Origin: Gammaproteobacteria bacterium
Lineage (GTDB): Bacteria; Pseudomonadota; Gammaproteobacteria; JABABF01
NCBI GenBank assembly: GCA_965237805.1
Contig: OZ250153.1
Coordinates: 768,001 to 832,000 of the forward strand
Direction: 5' to 3'
DNA length: 64,000 bases
How positions within the stretch are numbered: position 1 is the first letter of the stretch; every line of letters begins with the position of its first letter. The position numbers and the translations under genes were made by a program. Below the pieces are notes generated by a model. It saw nothing but the letters and a program-made list of their open reading frames with translations, did not search any database and was not told the origin of the DNA. Positions 59,497 through 64,000 of the stretch are shown here, piece by piece.

Positions 59497-62059
59497 ACGC
59501 GCACGAGTGTTGTTCGTGTTGCCGCTGGCGCTGAGCTTGCTCGGCGTGTCGGCACTGGCATCGGCACAGAGCTTCACGATTGAGGATATCCGCATTGAGG
59601 GGCTGCAGCGGGTCTCCGCTGGTCTCGTTTTCTCGTTGCTATCAGTCGACGTCGGCGATGAAATCGACAACACTGCGCTGCGCGAATCATCGCACCGCCT
59701 GTTCGAAAGCGGTAACTTCGACGATGTGCAGATGTTGCGCGAGGGCGATGTGCTGGTCGTGCGGCTGGCCGAGCGCCCATTTGTCGTCGAGCTGACATTG
59801 GACGGCAACCGTGCAATTCCAACAGAGTCACTGGAGCAGGCCTTAGACAGTGTCGGCATCGGTGCCGGGGAAGTCCTCAAGCGCGCCACGCTACAAAACC
59901 TGCGTGAAGAATTGCTGCGGCAGTATTCCAAGCGCGGCTACTACCATGCCAAGGTCGTGATCGAGCTGGAACCACTATCGCGCAACCGCGTCGTCATTGA
60001 CATCGCAATCGACGAGGCTAAGGCGGCTAAAATCCGGCGCATCAAACTGTTCGGCAACCGCAAATTCAGCGAGCGAGATCTGCTCCGAGAATTCGACAGC
60101 CGTATCGCCTCGCCGCTGACGCTGTTTGGCAAAAAGCACCTCTATTCGCGCGACACACTGGGCGCGGACTTGGACAAGCTGTCCGACTATTATCGCAATC
60201 GCGGTCACCTCGATTTCACGCTCGAATCGGTGCAGGTGTCGGTGACTCCAAACCGACGAGGCGTCTATATTGATATCAGCATCACCGAGGGCGAGTTGTA
60301 TCACGTCAGTGCGGCCTCTCTGGCTGGCGAGCTCATCCTGCCAAGAGAGCAGCTGGAAGCGCTGATAGGCATCGCTCCGGGCGACATCTATCGGGCCTTG
60401 GCTGTCACCGAAACCGAGAGCAAGATTACTGCCATACTGGGTAACTTGGGCTACTTGGACGCCCGGGTGCGCGGCCTGAGCACCCCAGCTCCAGAGCGCC
60501 ACGAAGTGGCGCTCTCCTTCTTGGTCGAACCGGGCGCACAAAAGCATGTGCGGCGCATCCTTGTCAGCGGCAATCGAAAAACTTCCGATGAAGTCATTCG
60601 CCGCGAGCTGCGAGTGGTGGAGAGCGCCCCGGCGGCACAGGCATCCATTACCAGCTCGCGTCAACAGCTGCAGCGACTGCCATACTTCCGCAGTGTGGAA
60701 ATCACCACTGAGCTGGTGCCGGAAAGCGAAGACGAAGTGGATGTGCTGATCAAAGTGGAAGAGGAATTCTCGGGCAGCGTCGGTCTGGGCATCGGCTACA
60801 ACTCCGCCTATGGCCTGCTCTATAACCTCAACTACCAACAGAGCAATCTGTTTGGCACTGGCACCGCCCTCGATGTTCAAGTCGATAAAAGCCGCTATGC
60901 ATTGGTGACCAATTTCGCCATCAACCAGCCTTACTTCACACCCAACGGTGTCAGCCGCTCACTGCGCTTCCACTATGTGGATCGCGATTTGAGCGAGATC
61001 AACGTCAGCCGCTACACCAGCATCAGCCGCGGCGGTGAACTCGGCTTTTCCTATCCGATTAACGATTCGGACCGGCTGTCGCTGTCGATGGGATTCAGCG
61101 CAACCGAATTGATCACTGGTCTCGCTGCGGCGCAGGAAATTCGCTCCTCACCAGCACTATACAGCGGTATCGACACCACATCGATCTGGGATCCCGCCGC
61201 CAACGGTGGTGCTGGCGAGCTGCGTACCGACCTCGATTTCAACAGTCTCACGGCCCCATTCATCGCCGGCTTCCTAGACCGGCACGGCAACCGCTACGAA
61301 GACTTTGCGCTAAGCCTCGGTTGGAGCCAATACCGCTTGGATCGTGGGCAGCTGGCCTCGAGCGGCTATGCCCAGAGCATTGTCTTCGAAACCACTTTTC
61401 CATTCAGCGACCTCAACTATTTCCGGCTACGCTACAACGGCGAGTACATCCAACCATTAAGCGACTCGCTGGCACTACGCGTGCGCACCGAGCTCGGCTA
61501 TGGCGACAGCTACCAGAGCAATTCGCAACTGCCGTTCTACCGCCACTTCTACGCTGGTGGTCTCAATTCGGTACGCGGTTTTGAATCCAACGCGCTGGGG
61601 CCACGCAGCACACCGGCGCGGCAATACCAACTCCAAGCACGGGATACCGATAACGATACCATCGTGGACACCAACTACTATGTGTTGGACAACAACACTG
61701 GCAAATTGGTGACCAATCAGGTCATCTCCAGTGACAGCCCAGCCCCCTATGGCGGCAATGTGCTGATCGAGGGATCGATCGAACTGCTGTTCCCGCTGCC
61801 GTTTTTGCGCGACCAACGCTCGGTGCGCGGCGGCCTGTTCCTCGACTTCGGCAATGTCTATGACACCGACTGCCGCCCGACACAGGCCCTGTGCTCAGAT
61901 GTGGATTTCGGCGAGCTGCGCTTTTCCCTCGGCATCGGCTTCACTTGGATCACCGCCATCGGGCCACTGGTGTTCAGCCTCGCCCGCACCTTTAACAAGG
62001 GGGCATATGAGCAAACTGAAGTCTTCGGTTTCTCCGTAGGCCGAGCCTTTGGGCTGTAA
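59477..62059 (+). CDS. bamA: Outer membrane protein assembly factor BamA
   Basis: I.DIRIEGLQRV POTRA start, T.D.VIRRE, FYAGG..SVRGF, GPL.FS, C-terminal F; start uncertain. Confidence 0.95.
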   Translation: MISCVYRRARVLFVLPLALSLLGVSALASAQSFTIEDIRIEGLQRVSAGLVFSLLSVDVGDEIDNTALRESSHRLFESGNFDDVQMLREGDVLVVRLAERPFVVELTLDGNRAIPTESLEQALDSVGIGAGEVLKRATLQNLREELLRQYSKRGYYHAKVVIELEPLSRNRVVIDIAIDEAKAAKIRRIKLFGNRKFSERDLLREFDSRIASPLTLFGKKHLYSRDTLGADLDKLSDYYRNRGHLDFTLESVQVSVTPNRRGVYIDISITEGELYHVSAASLAGELILPREQLEALIGIAPGDIYRALAVTETESKITAILGNLGYLDARVRGLSTPAPERHEVALSFLVEPGAQKHVRRILVSGNRKTSDEVIRRELRVVESAPAAQASITSSRQQLQRLPYFRSVEITTELVPESEDEVDVLIKVEEEFSGSVGLGIGYNSAYGLLYNLNYQQSNLFGTGTALDVQVDKSRYALVTNFAINQPYFTPNGVSRSLRFHYVDRDLSEINVSRYTSISRGGELGFSYPINDSDRLSLSMGFSATELITGLAAAQEIRSSPALYSGIDTTSIWDPAANGGAGELRTDLDFNSLTAPFIAGFLDRHGNRYEDFALSLGWSQYRLDRGQLASSGYAQSIVFETTFPFSDLNYFRLRYNGEYIQPLSDSLALRVRTELGYGDSYQSNSQLPFYRHFYAGGLNSVRGFESNALGPRSTPARQYQLQARDTDNDTIVDTNYYVLDNNTGKLVTNQVISSDSPAPYGGNVLIEGSIELLFPLPFLRDQRSVRGGLFLDFGNVYDTDCRPTQALCSDVDFGELRFSLGIGFTWITAIGPLVFSLARTFNKGAYEQTEVFGFSVGRAFGL

Positions 62060-62081
62060 AGCAAAGCGGTACACGCCACAG

Positions 62082-62090
62082 TGCTATAAT
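62082..62090 (+). promoter_or_regulatory. Extended -10 element upstream of skp
   Basis: TGCTATAAT in the bamA-skp gap. Confidence 0.4.
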
Positions 62091-62181
62091 TATATTCTTG
62101 CTGTTGTGCTCCACACGTCATCCACGCACAGCTCGCCCACCTAGCCGAGCCCACCCGGCACGATCGCCAAGGCCATCGACG

Positions 62182-62811
62182 ATGTCCCACCGCCACACGC
62201 ACACCACGCACACCCCAAGCTCTGGTCTACCCCTCTGGGCCTGCATCGTCATGCTGGGCAGCATCGCTGTGACACCGTTGGCGTCGACCCAATCGCCACC
62301 ACCGCAGCAGCGTATCGCGGTGATCAATCTCGAGCGCGCTATTTATGCCACCAGCGAAGCCGAGCGCCGCATCGCCAAATTGCGGCGTGACGAGGAATAC
62401 AAGGATCAACGCGCCACCGTAGAGTCGCTGCGCGCAGACGGGCAGCGTTTGGTGGAGCAAGTGCGCAAGAATGAAGCGGTGCTCAGCGAAGCCCGCAAGC
62501 GCGAGCTGCAGCGGCGTATCACCACGGTGCGTGAGGATGTCGAGTACGCGCTGAAAAAGCTCCAAACCATGGAACAAACCGTAGTCGACGAGCTGCGCGA
62601 TGAAATGTCTGACAACGCCCAAGCAGCACTTGAACAACTGATGAAGGAAGAGGAAGTCAGCATCCTGTTACGTCGCCATCCCAATGTTCCAGTCATCCTC
62701 TATGCCGACTCAAAATACGACCTGACGCTGAAACTTACCGACATGCTCAACCGCACGGATAAGAGCCCAAGCCCGAAGGCATCCAAGGCTAAAAGCGGCG
62801 GCGATCAGTAA
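62182..62811 (+). CDS. skp: Skp/OmpH periplasmic chaperone
   Basis: Signal-like segment, RIAVIN, coiled coil, LYAD..YDLT; position between bamA and lpxD. Start uncertain. Confidence 0.85.
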   Translation: MSHRHTHTTHTPSSGLPLWACIVMLGSIAVTPLASTQSPPPQQRIAVINLERAIYATSEAERRIAKLRRDEEYKDQRATVESLRADGQRLVEQVRKNEAVLSEARKRELQRRITTVREDVEYALKKLQTMEQTVVDELRDEMSDNAQAALEQLMKEEEVSILLRRHPNVPVILYADSKYDLTLKLTDMLNRTDKSPSPKASKAKSGGDQ

Positions 62812-62874
62812 AAGGGGCGAGCGGGCGTGGCATCCTATGTAGGCTCCCCCAAATCGACATCATCCACCATTGCG

Positions 62875-63891
62875 ATGCCCTTGTCGCAGCTGGCGGCCAT
62901 GCTGGACGCGCAATTGCGCGGCGATGGAGGATGCACGATCCACGGCATCGCCGCATTGGATCGAGCTGGCGCAGCGGAACTGAGCTTCTGCGATAGCATC
63001 CGCACACAGGAGGCCTTGGAACGCACCAATGCGGGCGCTGTCTTGATCACTGAGCAACTGGTACCGCTGTGCCGTGTCAATTGCCTCATCGTCAGCGATG
63101 TACGCTTGGCCTACGCCAAAGCCTCGCAATATTTCGCACCACCAATGCCGCAGCTGGGCGTGGCTACCAGCGCCACTATCGACCCGAGTGCCCAGCTGGC
63201 CACCGATGTCCAGATCGGCCCCCACTGCCACATCGCCGCCAACGCACACATCGGCGCACGCACCGTACTGGAGAGTGGCGCGGTCATCGGTTGCGACAGC
63301 CGCATCGGTGCCGACTGCCACATCGGCCCACACGCCGTCATCAGCCATGGCTGCCAGCTCGGCGAGCGCAGCAGTGTCGGTAGCGGCAGTGTGATCGGCG
63401 GCGACGGCTTTGGCTTCGCGTGGGCTGGCGAGGAGCAGCGTTGGGAGAAGATCGCACAGCTGGGACGGGTGATCATCGGTGACGATGTCGTGATCGGGAC
63501 GCTCAATACGATCGACCGCGGCGCGCTCAACGACACTATCATCGGCAACGATGTCAAAACTGACAGTCAAGTGCACATCGCACATGGGGTCGAGGTGGGC
63601 GCGCACTGTGCATTCGCTGGCCACGTCGTGGTGGCTGGCAGCTCCCACTTTGGCCCGGGCTGCATGATCGGCGGCCGCAGCGCCATCAACGGACACCTGA
63701 CAATCGGTGCCGGTGCCTCCATCACCGGTTGTAGCAATGTGATGCGCGATGTGCCACCGGGAGCGAAAATAAGCTCGGTACTCCCCGCCATGGGTGCAAC
63801 GAAGTGGTGGCGCTCTGTGGCCCTGTGGGAGCGCCTGCCGGAATTGTTCCGACGCATGCATGCCCTAGAGCGGCGTGCAGAGGCGGACTGA
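62875..63891 (+). CDS. lpxD: UDP-3-O-acylglucosamine N-acyltransferase
   Basis: Hexapeptide repeats, IG.DGFGFA, KI.QLG.V.IGDDV.IG, IDRGAL.DT, V.IAH motifs. Confidence 0.95.
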   Translation: MPLSQLAAMLDAQLRGDGGCTIHGIAALDRAGAAELSFCDSIRTQEALERTNAGAVLITEQLVPLCRVNCLIVSDVRLAYAKASQYFAPPMPQLGVATSATIDPSAQLATDVQIGPHCHIAANAHIGARTVLESGAVIGCDSRIGADCHIGPHAVISHGCQLGERSSVGSGSVIGGDGFGFAWAGEEQRWEKIAQLGRVIIGDDVVIGTLNTIDRGALNDTIIGNDVKTDSQVHIAHGVEVGAHCAFAGHVVVAGSSHFGPGCMIGGRSAINGHLTIGAGASITGCSNVMRDVPPGAKISSVLPAMGATKWWRSVALWERLPELFRRMHALERRAEAD

Positions 63892-63894
63892 GCA

Positions 63895-64000
63895 ATGACC
63901 GTAGCCAAGGTTGACGACTTGCCATGGTCCACCTCGCAAATCGAGCGCTGGCTACTGCAACGCGATCCGTTCCTGTTTATCGATCGAGTGTCAGCCATTG
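63895..64000 (+). CDS. fabZ: 3-hydroxyacyl-ACP dehydratase FabZ, N-terminal part (runs off window)
   Basis: MTVAKVDDLPWSTSQIERWLLQRDPFLFIDRV resembles the LPHR.PFL..DRV motif; position after lpxD. Confidence 0.75.
   Translation, partial: MTVAKVDDLPWSTSQIERWLLQRDPFLFIDRVSAI

Noticed and set aside
3471-64000. Numerous overlapping Arg/Ala/Pro-rich alternative-frame and antisense ORFs (for example 8714..10408, 15212..16447, 25011..26342)
   Set aside because: Typical shadow ORFs of high-GC coding DNA, with no motifs and overlapping well-supported genes.

Overview
GC-rich (roughly 65-70% by eye) gammaproteobacterial chromosome segment. The right half (38-64 kb) is mostly core housekeeping: prfA-hemA / TPR-lolB-ispE-tRNA-Gln-prs-rplY-pth-ychF, dapE-dapD-nth-map and rpsB-tsf-frr-uppS-cdsA-dxr-rseP-bamA-skp-lpxD-fabZ. 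The usual neighbours pyrH, glnD and prmC are missing from these operons. The left half is accessory: an AT-rich candidate defence cassette (ParB-like/HEPN-like protein, D12-class adenine methyltransferase and a broken HEPN gene; 1-3.4 kb), B12 uptake (cobalamin riboswitch-btuB, btuM), an AT-rich FRG-domain/TPR-array gene, a large lipid/steroid-type tailoring cluster (LLM, SDRs, OYE, epoxide hydrolase, duplicated esterases, two sulfotransferases, two DUF1214-like proteins) and a tandem array of five KshA/Neverland-like Rieske oxygenases with a mosaic gene-conversion pattern. Several small AT-richer inserts are pseudogenised. Two composition signals stand out: depletion of CCWGG and ACGT with an excess of their C>T products, and outward-facing C-rich tracts flanking the AT-rich inserts. 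The gene content suggests a host-associated (possibly sponge or other invertebrate) symbiont, which is inference only. All family calls come from motif recognition by eye, with no database searches. No CRISPR array, rRNA, integrase or transposase was seen.
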